Source: Vicugna vicugna
Lineage: Eukaryota
Assembly: GCA_013265495.1 (NCBI GenBank)
Contig: MU058636.1
Coordinates: forward strand, 1,984,001-2,048,000
Length of the DNA stretch: 64,000 nucleotides
Direction: 5' to 3'
The translations under genes and the position numbers were made by a program. Numbering within the stretch: position 1 is the stretch's first letter; each line of letters opens with the position of its first letter. Below, piece after piece: positions 24,701 to 37,757 of this stretch. Below the pieces are notes generated by a model, which saw nothing but the letters and a program-made list of their open reading frames with translations, did not search any database and had not been told where the DNA came from.

Positions 24701-25839
24701 CAAATTTTAGACTGGTATTCGTATAAATATTAGCTAGTAACTAATAGTCCCTTTGTGGGGGGTGGGTTGTGCCTTTTAGAAAACAGTACAGATTGATAGG
24801 ATATTAATATAATTTTAGCCACCGAAACACTCTCTAAGCCATAGTTACTATGGACCATAACCTTACTGCCCACTGTTGGGATGTTGTAGGCTAAATTGCT
24901 TAAACATGCAAATCCAAAAGTAATGCCTTCACAAGACAAAAATTTATTTCTTACTGTTGTAACAGAACAGGGCAGATTGTTCAGGTTGACAGGATGCTCT
25001 CCTTCACATAGTCAGTTAAGGACCCAGATCAAGTGGCTTGTAGGCTTCTCTCCAGTTGGCTGGAAGGGGAAAGCACTGGAGGAGCATGAGTGGGGAGTTA
25101 GGGACAAACCTGAAAGTTGTCTGAAAGCTTCTCCAATCATGATTGTCCACCAAAATCCGGACTTTCACTTTTTTAAGCAGCTATCCTACATTCCCTGCAT
25201 CTATTCATCTACAGTCTTCTTTGGATGCCCAGTTTAAAGTTGATCCTGGTTATCTCATGTAAATACATTTTTGAGGCATTATCTTATTTACATCTTTTGT
25301 ATCTACTTACCTACTTTAAAGAAATCACCAAAGCAGCTATAGTAACTGATTTGTCTAGCATCGTGGGAAATGAGGTTTCCTATCTGGAACTTTTTGGGTA
25401 TAAGTAGCTTTTTGGATTTTACTGTCAAAGCTTTATATTCTCAGCAGTTTTTCACAGAAAGATTCCCCAGATTTGTAGTGCTCTGTTGTTTCACAGGAAC
25501 TGAACCTTTCGGTGATGACTCATGCTCGACTTGATGTGCTCCAGTGATTGTATTGAACCAGAATACAGCTGATACCCTTAAGGGAAGAGTTTGAAGAGCA
25601 GTTTGCTTTGGTGTTTTGTATAATTTCTTGGATTCTTTACCCTTTCCACTGTCCTCCTGCTCCAGTTAGATTATAACTCCTTGGAGGTAATTTCTCTTGA
25701 TCCCCAAATCTGGTAAAGTGCCCGAATGTAGTGCCTTGAATGAACATACTCGTGGTAGTTTATTTGAACCATTTTAGTGAATTCTTACTGGCTTCTTATT
25801 GATGACTCTGTGGTGCTGTTAGGATTCCTATCTCTGGGA

Positions 25840-26036
25840 CAGTGGCTCTCAAATTTTTGAGTCCATCAGAATCACCTGGAGTACCTATTAAAACCTGCTT
25901 CTCCCTCGGTCCCATTCCCAGAGCTGCTAACTTCGTAGGTCTGTCTGGGTGAGCCAGAGAATTTACTTTTCTAATGTGTTTCCAGGTGGTGCTGATTAAG
26001 ATTACTTTTCCTGGGGTACCATTTTGAGGACCACTG
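25840..26036 (+). mobile_element. MER5A-like hAT DNA transposon
   Basis: TIRs CAGTGGCTCTCAAA / TTTGAGGACCACTG; internal catcagaatcacctggag. Confidence 0.8.
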
Positions 26037-29000
26037 CTCTACTTAATGCTCTTTACTGCCTTCTCTCCTCTTTTTTCTTGGAACCCTTTTCTTCTCTTCC
26101 TGATCTGCTGAGAACACAAATAATCTTCTTTTAAATAAAAAAAAGACTTTGAGTCAAGGACTTGAATTGTTGCCTGTGAATAAGGTACATGAGGCTTTAA
26201 AGTATCTTTTGCCTGAGGCTAATTTCACTTTCCTGGTTCCAGTCTATGTTCTGAGTAACTGAGTTATCAGATAAGTAACCATTGAATTAATTGTTACAAG
26301 GGTTACTGAAGCTCAGCCAAGATCACCAATACCAGTTTTGAGTAAAATTTAGGCAACAGGGATTTCTTCTACCATAGTAGTAGTAATGGGACACAAATAA
26401 TGTAAACTGATTATTGATACAACTAATAAAGTGTTCAGTATACCTGAGAAATGAATAGCATAAAAGTACCTTGGCTGTTTGAAATTTTAAATTTCATGGA
26501 TCTAGAACTAGTAATCACACATCTTTTGTTTGTATGTTACATTTTAATATGCATGTTTTAAGATTTTTATGTAAAGATCAACTGAATTGTTTCTAATGTT
26601 AAAGAAAACATAGGAAGTGTTTATTGAGTCAGTGAGAACATTTCTTGAAATCAAACTTTAATTTTTCTTTTTAATTTGGTATTAGCTTTTCTTCATTGGA
26701 AAGAAATGCAAAATTAAAATTACATTGTTAACTAATATTAATCTTACATTATTTTGTGCATATCTATAACTTTTTGTAATCAGGCACACTTGGAGTAAGT
26801 TTATTATTTATAAACAATACAACATTGTTTATCATTATAGATGAAGGCCATCATTTAGTCATAAACATTCACTGCCACTTGAGAAGAAAAGTGATGTTTT
26901 TGATCCAGAAGAGTTAATGTTTGGTAGCTAGCATCTCTCCTCCTCCCATTTTGTTTTGATTTCGTTTAAATAACCTAAGTGTTATGATTTAAAAGACTGC
27001 CACCATTGCAGAGGCTAGGGAAGATAATTTGTCCAAGTTTAGGGGTAACAAGGTCACTGTTTTGTCTCTTCACATATTACAGTGATCAAAGTAAGTTGCC
27101 TAATATACAGGCCAGGGGGTATAGTTTTTAAAATTGTAATTCAGTTGTTTTTAAAACAACGGTTCTTAAAAATCTGGACAGGTTACTCACAGTTTTAGAG
27201 GTTTAGGCACTGTAGTTAACACATGATCTAATAACATGTTGAATTAATTAATGAAAACTCATATGGAAATGAGGCTATTGATGGAGGTAAGGCTGAAGTT
27301 ATGCTAAATGGAAGATTACTGTGTACAGACATGGAAAGCAAAATAGTTGTGCAGGGCTGTGGTTTCCATCAAATATTATGTAAGAGTGTGTGGTTGATAA
27401 AACTCAGGCTAAATTCATAATGTGAACTGACTTTAGTAAATTTGCCAAAATTTGGTGAGATTAAATAAATTTTGTGAGGAAGCTTTAGCACACTTAATAG
27501 TTTTATTAATGCTTTTAGTGTTTCTGATATCCAGGTAGTTCAAAAACCTTTTTTCACAGATAGACTCAACTGGAATAAAATACGACTGTATAAGTCAGGT
27601 GCTGAAATCCTTTAGATATTGAGGGAAAAACCAGAGATGGAAACTGAGGTGCATTTGTTTTGGCTAGGTCCACATAGCTTTTAGAAAGGTTACTTACGTT
27701 TTAAAAAAGCAAAGCATTTTGGAATGTGTTGAAACTTGTTATTTTTATTGTGTAATGGAATGAAGAGAGATTATTTGTACTTTTAATCAAATATGATTTT
27801 TATAATTGAAATGTTACTGTAATCAGTAGAGAAACATTTTGTACTTTTTCTTTATGTTTTCCTAGAGTAAAAATAATGCTGGTTCTGTGTATGTCTTAAA
27901 AGAATGAAAAAGGATCCTCTATTTGTGATATCTTCATGGGCCTATTCAAATAATTTTTAGTTCTTTTTATTTTTGATGGAGGCTTTAAAAACAAGAATCA
28001 AGTTTCTTCTCATTAACATATTACAAGATTTAAGGTACACATTGAAGGATGGCAAAATAAGAGAAGAACCAGATACACCACAAATACTGGAGAAAGGGTC
28101 TTTGAATGCAAGGCTCAGTTTAGTATGAAACTAGATTTTGAAGACTTCAAGAACAGTATATTGTTTTATCACATCTTAGAAAACGTAGTTTCAGTGGTAG
28201 CCAGTGATTTGATTCTGTCCCCCTCTGTGTGGGATGTATTTTCATATGGAATGTGAAGCTTTACTATCTTCAACTTTTAAAAAATATATGAAATACATAC
28301 ATCATTGAGAATTTAATTTCCATAAGCATAGAAATAATGTCCACAAATTTTATATATATATAATTTAAGTGTAAGGTATTTACTTTGTGTTAATTTAATT
28401 TGAGTTCAGGCATGAATCACCTTTATCCACAGTTATTTTTCTAATGCTCCCTTTTATCACGTTGGGTAAAAGCTGTAATCTTCTAATAGGAAAACACCTT
28501 ATGTTTTTATGTAGGATCTATGAATCATACCTCTATTAAATACTGGTCTGTGAGTATATGTGTTCCCTATCATTTTTACAGAATGAGTTTTTAGGTTAGG
28601 CCCAGTCCAAAACTTTTTACCTGAATTTACAGATTAGAATACTGTTTTCTTGTCTTTTTCTTTTTCTTGAGTAGGTTAACAAATGTCCAGCATGTATAGT
28701 GCTAAACTAGAAAGTGTTCATTTTTAAGTAGTAATTTCAAATGAAGGCAAATGTATTAGTGTAATTGAAAAGATTCAATAGATAGTAACTTTGGGTGTTT
28801 GCTTTTAGTAATCCTTAAAACAGTGGGAGAAATTCTTTTAATAACCTCGTATTTTTTTGTAAGTTATTAATGATGAAATTAAATCTTAAAATGTTTTGAG
28901 AAAATCATTGTAAATAGGATAGTATTGCTTTCTTGTTTTCATACATTTCTATAGTTTCTTGTGTTAAACATGTCTGTTCCATTTCATCTTACCAGTTACT

Positions 29001-30599
29001 TCACACAGTATTTAAAAATTGGTCATGCATTTTAATCTCTTCTCTTGAGAAGCAAGATTTTTGTGATTTGCTTGTTTGCATTATTTCCTAGTATTTGGAA
29101 ATTATGGCAGTCTAATTCATGGAGTTGTGACTTCTTTCTTTTGGAGGAAAAGTGTGTTGTGTGGTTTGTGTGCATTGTTTATGTTGCAGACTAATTTTTT
29201 GTATTGGACATTTAATCTATTCCTTGAGGAAAATTTAAAGTTATTTCAGGATGTCATACACTCAGGGTAGGGGTGAAGCAGATTTTTTGTTTCACTGGCA
29301 AAAATCAACTTTATAGTCTTTCCCATCTATCTAATCTCTCTGATAAGAGAGCCCTGAGTTTTCCATGTATATTTGTATAAAAGTATATATTTGTAATTAA
29401 AAAATTTTATCTAATGGAAAGTAATTTATTTCCAGAGAAATGTTTTCAGTTTTATTGCATTAAACAAAATTACTTGATAAAATAAATATTAATGCATCTC
29501 TAATTTTTTAAATTTTGAGAAATTTAAGGTTTATTGAGGGGTTTTGTTTCTCATACTTAACTCCTGGAGATAATTTTGTATATACCTATATTCTCAGAAA
29601 ATAACATCAGTATCCCATGGCAGAGTTGCTTGGAGAAACTTTTAAGCAGATATTTAGACTTAGTTTTATCATAAAGTAATAGTATAGTTAAACTAAAATC
29701 AGTGGAGAACATGACCCACTCCCCAAAAAGAAAGGTTTAAAAAAATAATTGTGTAGAGTAATCCTTATTTGCTTTAATAATTTTGACTTTTAAGACTAAT
29801 ATAAGACAAAATACTATAGCTTGTGTTCATGAAATATTTCTGACAGTAATGAATGTATCTCATGGCTTCAGCCATTAATACTAAAAAACAAAAAGCTACT
29901 AATTAAAGTTCTGTGAAAATTGAGTTTGGTTCTGTGTAATTCTTTTAAAGATTAACTAAAGATGTGTATCAACATTTCCCAGCATGCTTTTAAAATAAAT
30001 ATACTCCTGACCAGGATCCGTCCAAAACCTGCCATTCAGTTTCTCACCCAGAGCCTCCCTCCCTTTTCCCTCCAGTTCTGACATCTGTTTTTAGAAAGCC
30101 TTTCTTCTGCTTCTCATGTCCAGTAGTTCTGATGTCCATTAGGAACAGTGCTTGAGGAGGTCTGGGGCAGCAGAGAAGCCAAGTCTTCTTACAGGGAGGT
30201 AGAGCAGGACCTTTTTGCCCCTCAGACACTCTGAGTTCCATATGTTTATAATTAAAAGAAAATTGTCTTAAAATTTGGAGTTTTGCTGTAACTGTTACGC
30301 AGTTTTTATTGTCTGTGTGCACATGAATGTATTTTCTACATGTTATTAAGAAATTATAGGTAGCAAAAATCATAAACTACTTAATTCATTTTCACAGATT
30401 CATTTCCCTCTTAAATTAGCTAAGCCATATGAAAATCTCTTAATTATCTTAGAAGAATATGTCCCAACTTCCCGTAGTACCTCAGTTCATTTTGGAATTT
30501 ATTAATTCTTCTTCTTCAGTATATTTGCTGAGTAAGGTTTTTTTCTTGTCTGGGCTCTTAGGATGTAGAGTAAACCTACTATAACCCTTTGAAAGACGC

Positions 30600-31190
30600 T
30601 TGAGCAAGAAACTTAGGACTCATCTTTACTCTTTCCTTCGTCTTCATCCTTTATATTGTATCTCAAATATGTATTGTCTCCATCTGTTTAAACAGTCTTA
30701 TTGGTCTACCCCTGCAGCTCATTTTCCACGTTAAAAGCAAAAGTAATCATAAATATAAATCACATTATGGCTTTCTAACTGGCATTAGAGTAAAATCCAG
30801 GCCCTTAACTATGGCCTATATAATCTGTGTCTTACATACCTCTTTAATCTCACCTTCTCTTTCCATTGTGTATTCAGTTCCTGGTCTGTCTCAAATCTGT
30901 CAAGTCACTTTCTGGCTCATGTTCTCTGCATTTATTATTTTTATCTGTTCTTTCCATGGCTGGTTCCTTCCCTTTTCTTAGGTGTCACTTACAAAATGAC
31001 TTAAAGTGTCACAAAGAAAGGCCTTTGCCTAATAAAAAAGAAATTTCCTATCATTAATTTTCATCATATTATCCTGTTTATTTCCTTTGTAGAACTTACT
31101 ATAATTGGAACTTTAAAAAAAAAAACTAAATGAGTGGTCCTCTTCATGCCCATCGGAACATAAGCTCCTTTGTGGCAGGAACCACCTAAG
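30600..31190 (+). mobile_element. LINE-2 3' fragment
   Basis: cattagagtaaaatccaggcccttaactatggccta, tggctggttccttc, cataagctcctttgtggcagga. Confidence 0.6.
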
Positions 31191-31770
31191 TCTAGATGCT
31201 TTTAAAATACTTTTAGAATTAAAATAATTGAAGATTACTATGAAATGACTAGCAGCTTGCTTTTCTGGTTAGCTATGCCTGGTCCCTTTAATTCTACTTC
31301 GTGGAGGACCTACTCATTCTGTTTGGGAATATGTGTTTGAAAACGGTCAGCTTTTTTCCCATCTCTGTGCCTTTGCTGTGGCCTTAGGCTACCCGGAAGG
31401 CTCTTCAGTTTCTTGAGATCGGGCCGTTTTTCACTGACTAGGTCAGATGCCTTTTTGCCTCTACTCAAAGCCGCCTCTACTTCTCTAGTCAGTATTATTG
31501 TCTTCCATCTCTGTGCTTCTATAATATGTTGAGTGCCTCTTAATGTTTCTAAAATTTTGCCTGTATGTTTTATACATATTTATTTCCTTCACCAAAGTTA
31601 AATGCTTCTGGAGGCATTTTTATCATTTTGTTTATACCTAGAGTAAATACTAAAGTTGAAAATTTTTAAGCACTGTAGTTGGTTTTATGAATAGAGTATG
31701 AACTTCATGAGATCAGGACTAGATCTTACTTCTTGAATTCCTGGAACGTTGCTCAGTGCCTGATCTCATA

Positions 31771-31935
31771 CAGTGGTTCCAGTAAGCTTTCAGATGTAGT
31801 GACAGGTTAGAATCACCTGTGGTGCTCTGAACGTACAACTTTCCCTGTTCCCATCTAAGACCTGCGAAACCAGAAACTCCACATTTGGTGCATTGGCCTT
31901 TGTATGTTTAAAATTTCACAGGAAATTCTGATATT
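31771..31935 (+). mobile_element. MER5-family hAT fragment
   Basis: cagtggttcc...ttagaatcacctg...ccagaaactcc...aaattctgat. Confidence 0.5.
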
Positions 31936-34900
31936 TACCTTTTACTTTAGAAAGAAAAAGTTGAAAATTCCAGAAAATTGGAAGGTGAGATTTTATCGAT
32001 TGGAATGAGAGTATCTAGGAGTAAAGGTTTACGGAAAACCTGTGAGATGGGTTGTAAAGGATGGATAGGATACACAGAAATTTTAAACATTTTTAACACA
32101 GTTGCAAATCTGTGAAGTTTATTTTTTTTCTGTTTTAACCAGTTTATTACCATGGTAGAGAAATACTCTCCCTTAGTCAGTGAACTTTCAAAAAGTAATC
32201 CAGTCTGAGTTAGGAAAAGACTGAACAGACATGAAGGAAACTCAGGCCTGGTGCCGAGCCACAGACTCGGAGCAGGTCCTGCTGGAGCAGGCGCTACCCT
32301 GACACGCCGGTAGGTGGTGGAGAAGTGCGCGGAGCTGCCTCAGAAGCACTGGGCAGGGCTGGTCCCGGCAGCGTGCGGTGATGCCCCTGATGTGTGGCTA
32401 GTTCTCTTTCTCTACCTTAGGCTCTTGGTCACTGCTTTTATTGTGTGGAGTTTCTTTCTCATTTATCTTTTCAAAGAAATATTTTTGAAGCCTGCCATTT
32501 ATGTGATGTGGAGAGCCGCCATCTCTGAAATACCGGAAGAGGGAAATTTCGTTTTAAAATTGCTAGGCAAGTAAAAAGGTTAGGTTGGGCAGGACCTTGG
32601 ACAAATTAATGAAAAATAGCACTGAGATAAAATTTTTATGTATTTGAAGTACCTCTCAATTTTACTAATTTTATTTGCCGTTAGCACTCCAGAGTTTGGC
32701 ACTTGGATTTTGAGGGTTGTCAGCATGTGGGGAGAGGACACTAGGAGGAGACAAGACTAGAGAGAGTTTGGAGCACATCTGTAGAGGAAACCTGCATCAG
32801 AAACTTAAGACTTAATTACCATTTCTGCCTCTAGAGGACCTGTGAACCAGGAATACCAGAGCTTAATTAGAGCGCAGAACGGTGGCTTTCAAACTTTTTT
32901 TTAAAAGCAGCAGAACTCTTGTGGCATTTATATGCAGTCCCCAAATCTAAAATTATATAAAGCAGATGAAACTGGCATTTACAGGGTCAGGTGTATTAAA
33001 TTTACTCACAAAGTTATTCAGCGGGAATAACAAGTCTGTGTGGTATTTTGTTGAACACAGTAACTTGAAATTGTTGGGTGAAGGGTAATCATTAGTCTTA
33101 CATTCCTTGGCCTCCTTTTCTGTGTTTTCTGTCATATAGTAATGTAAAAATCATGATTCACATGAATAAGTTGTGCACCCATTTGTTCATTTTTATCTGA
33201 GTGCATGTGCACTTAAAGATTATTGTTGAATGACTACCTTCCTAATAAAAGATCCATATACATTGACGGGGTGACAGAAGAGAGACGTTTATTCTGAGGT
33301 CTCCATGAAAACACCCTAACCCAACACAGATTGAGTATGTTGGTGATGATCTCTTGTTTGCTAAAAAATGAATGCATGCTAATTTGGACCTGCATTTGTG
33401 ATTTTATTATTGATTTAATAAAAGTGAAAAAATAGGTGAAAATCAGATTAAGATTTTACAGAGCCCTAAAGCATTTCTGGAAGCCTGGAGTTCTGCTTAA
33501 TGCAGTTGAGAACCACTGGCACAGAGGCCTGCCTCTTGACGGGAGACAGCCCGCCAGGACACAGGTGCCAGAGACTGCGAGGGTGGTTTCCTTACCTGAA
33601 CCCCGAGAACACAGGGCGTGGTCTGAGTGGCTGTTGATGGATTCTCCCGAAGGTAGCACACCACAGGTGCGTTCGTTGCACACAGTGGGGATCTGAGCTC
33701 ATTAGGATTTTACTTTCTCTGAGAAAGGCTGGGAAAGTGAGGAGTGAGCAAGGCTTTAAAACCAAACCAAAACCTCCTTGCAACCTGCCAGGTGCCTGTA
33801 TTCAAATCAGAACAGTTTTCAAGACAATGTGCAGTCACTGCTAGTTTTGTCCTCCATGAATCTGAGCTCTGAGACACTGAGATTCTTGGTTGAGAATCAA
33901 GAATTTTCCACATTGCAGATGACAAGGGAAAATTTTTAATTAGAATTTTTTTCCTATACGAATAAGTGAATGAATAGTTTTTTTTTTAAATGAGGTCTAT
34001 TGGTCACCTTCATGCCTCCTTCTGGAGGCAATCTTGAGTAACATGTTTTATGAGAAGCTTTCGACCTAATTCATGTGAAAGGACAAAAAATGATGTTTCA
34101 GTGTTCTGAAAGTAACTTGAGCTCTTTGGTTGCCTCTCTTACGGAGGTTTTTTCCCCTCTTTTTCGTAACAACATGTTGTTGTAGACAGAACCCCTAACT
34201 CGTGGAATGGAAGGCCTCCTTGTTGTGGTGTATTCTGAGGCTCAGAGGCTGTACATGTTTTTTTTTTTTTTGGTTTTAGAGATAACAGGGAAGGTAGTTC
34301 ACTATTACAAGTCTTGTAACAACATGTTACCCTTTTTATCTTTTGATTCAGAATATTTTCTCTGACTAATGAATGAGGACCTTGCGTTTAGGGCATTAAG
34401 TACCATTTTACTAGTTTTTTATGTATGACCATAAGCAAAGCTGCCCTGGACATATAGACCACTTTTGGGGTGGAAATATTTAATACACACCCCCCCCAAC
34501 TTTTCAAAGATTAAAGCAGAACGACATCTTTGGCCCTTGGAATACTTTCTATTTTGAGTCTCTGCAGGTTTCTTCTTGGGTGAGAAACCCTATGGTTTGT
34601 GTGATAGCTTTTCTTTTAAGCTTTTTAGTTTTAACATTTCTTACTGTAAATGAGTGAAAGCTTTAACCAAGAACTGCTTATGGTGTATAGACGCCTTCAG
34701 TTTGTTGGCTACTACTGTAGCTGAAAGGAAGCTGAACTATTTTTGGACCCATTATGTTGTCCTTTCCACTTGGGTTTGAAAGAGCTTATGAGCAGTAGCT
34801 GTTCTGATTTTTGTTGGTTGTTTTCTCTAGGGAACAAGCTACCCTCTGAGTCAGCACTGGACTTGAAGATAAACCCTACAATTCATGAAACTGACTGATC

Positions 34901-37757
34901 CGACTAAAGGATGGATAGTTTGGGCAGCGTTGGACAGCTCTGAGGGGTCTGTTTGTTTAACTGAAGGGGTTGTTGAGTTCAGCAACTTTTAATTCCCCCG
35001 ATCATAAGGGGTTGCTGCTGTGAAAACAGGGTTTGTGAAGGAATTGGTTCTGGCAATTAACATCAGTATTCTTAATGACTTTGTTTTCGTTTATCACCAC
35101 ACCTTCTGGAACAGTCCTTTACAAGTGTAGAAGTTACACTGCTGTTTGTTTCCAGCAAGAATTGGCATGCCCCTGAGAGGTCCGCGTAGGACTTTTGCAG
35201 TCTACTTACCAACCCAAGTTACCCTTTTTCTTACACGGGGTTATAAACATTTCTCTCAGGTAAACCTTTTGGCATTTGGGTTGTTTCATCTTTGCAAAGG
35301 TAGTTTGTATTTGTGGCTTGAAACTTTTAGGATTAAATTGAATGTAATTTGATTAGTGTGTATTTTACTAGATTAGTTAATAATTTATATTTTGGCTTTT
35401 GGCTAATATTGTAATATGATTTTGATAATTAACAGCTTTTATGTTAAAAGCTTACAATATTTTTTTGCCATTATAAATTATGCAGGAATTCTGTGGGTTG
35501 TCTTTTTGGAGGCTTTTAAAAACAGAGAGTAGTATAACATAGGAAATGCTTTGGCCAAAGGTACATATATGTGTGTGATGACACATAATTTTGTGGTTTA
35601 CGAGTTAAAGGATTATAAATATATTAACTTTATTTTAATCACTTGAAAGTATGATTTAAAATATAAAGGAATAATGGGAATTTTACCTAGCCAACATCTG
35701 GGTTGATTATTAAATATCTTTTACTGTTCAGTGATCCTTTATCATGTCAGAGTTTGGAAATGGGGCTTCAGACAGCGAGCTTTTATACAGTTCAACTTTA
35801 GGTTCATTAGTAGCACAGTTGGTATTTCTTTGTATCTGGCACTTTTGATTAATAACATTTCTATTCAGTTTTGATAATTATCTGCAAAGCTGAATTTGAC
35901 AGATGAAATTTTTATGGGGAAAGAAGTAAAGGCTAGTATTATCTTAACTTTTGCTTCCTAATTCAATTCTTTTTGAATAGTGGTTTTATTTTGTACAGTC
36001 TGAGGATTAGATCTACATTTGAAATGCAAACATGCCTAAATGGTGGTTGTCTCAGTTAAATATTTATGTCCATTTTTTAAAGCTCCTTTCTTATCTGAGT
36101 TTGTGGCTTAAAAGTGATGGTAAAATGTTCCCAAAATAAAATTCAGTGAAATAGTGACTTTCTTTCTTAATGGCAACATCTTGAAGGATTGTTGCCATTT
36201 AGCCCCTGGATTCTAAAATGCCATCTGTTACAAAAATACCAGCGTAATAATAGCCTTTTGAGAGTAGAAAAAAACAGTGTGACTAGACATACAACTTTAA
36301 AAAAATTTAGTAAGGAAAATAATTCAAACTTCCATATGACTAGAATTCTTCAGAAACACTAATTCAAGTCTTTAAAGTCTAATTCTAATTCAGTGTTTAA
36401 ATTCAAGGATTTTCTGAATTACCCTTGTCCATAGTGGCTATACATAGCTTCATAGTGACTTGTTTCTTTTCACAGTACCTAAACCTTTAGGATTGACAGT
36501 ATAATTTTGAGGCTTATTGTAGAAATGCAGACACTTAAAACAGATAAATGTTTTGAGTTGGTTGTACCATCCTCCCCTCCTGTAATATTTTATATATTCT
36601 AAAATTTGACAATTCTTCTACCTTTAATCACATTTTCCCCTTATAACTTTTTCTTTTAAGTGCATTATTTTTGTATGGCCATTAGGGATTTAAATTTAGG
36701 TTAAATTCAACAGCGTGAGAGTGCTGCACTGGGCTGTAGTAACACTCAAGGGACCTGGATTCTAGTTTCATTTGTATCATCACTGCTCAAGGTTATTCAA
36801 AATCTAAACTTAAAAGAAATTGATTTTATTTTAGGTAAAGTTAGTAAGTATTCAAATGGCTTTTTGTCATTTCTGAACTGAACTAAATAATTGTGTCATG
36901 TGAAAAATTTAGTGTATCATAGAACATCACTTATACTGAGCTATTTTCCTCTAAAACCCATTCTTACCACCTTAATAGACTTCAGTTGATTGACAGTGTT
37001 TTCTCCATCCTTCAAATTGCCATTCAGTTTTTAAAAATTTATTTTATCAATTTAAACATTGAATTACAGTGTTACCTTTTAAAAAGCATCATATATATAT
37101 ATGGTCTGTGTGTATATACATTTATTTTAACTATAAATGTCTTCCAGGATTTAAGACTATTTCTTCAGAATACTTTCCGGAGCTAGAATTTCTGGGACAA
37201 TGGCTGTGATTAGTGTTTAAGCTGCTGAAGTTGAAAGCAGCTATTTTTTATGACACATACACTGGATCATAGCCTAGCTGTTCCTCTTTGGGATTACTCT
37301 GGAAGTCCAACAGTTACTTACTAAGAATAAAGTTGTGTTTCATATACTTAATTTTTAAATAAGTAAACTTCTTGAATGGCTTCTATAATTCCAGTATACT
37401 AGAAGCTAAAATATGACAACTAATGATTTTACAAAGCCTTTTCTGTTTAATATTAGTAGCTGAAATCTTATTTTAAACCATAGTGTACGTATTTACTGTG
37501 TATATTTAGATAATTCAGATACTGAAGAAGCTGATGAAACATAGATTCAGCTCGTGTTTATGTGAAGTGCACTTAATTTTTCTCTGCTGTATTTCCTAGC
37601 CATGTAGTGTACATCACTAGTTAATTTTTCTCAGTGTGTATGGACAAAAATCAACATAAATCCATTGCCCTAACTTAAGGCTTATTTTTTTTTTCCCCTC
37701 CTCTCTCTTCCCCAAGGCATGTGTTTAGATGTGAGAAGCAAAACATTTGCCCTTGCT

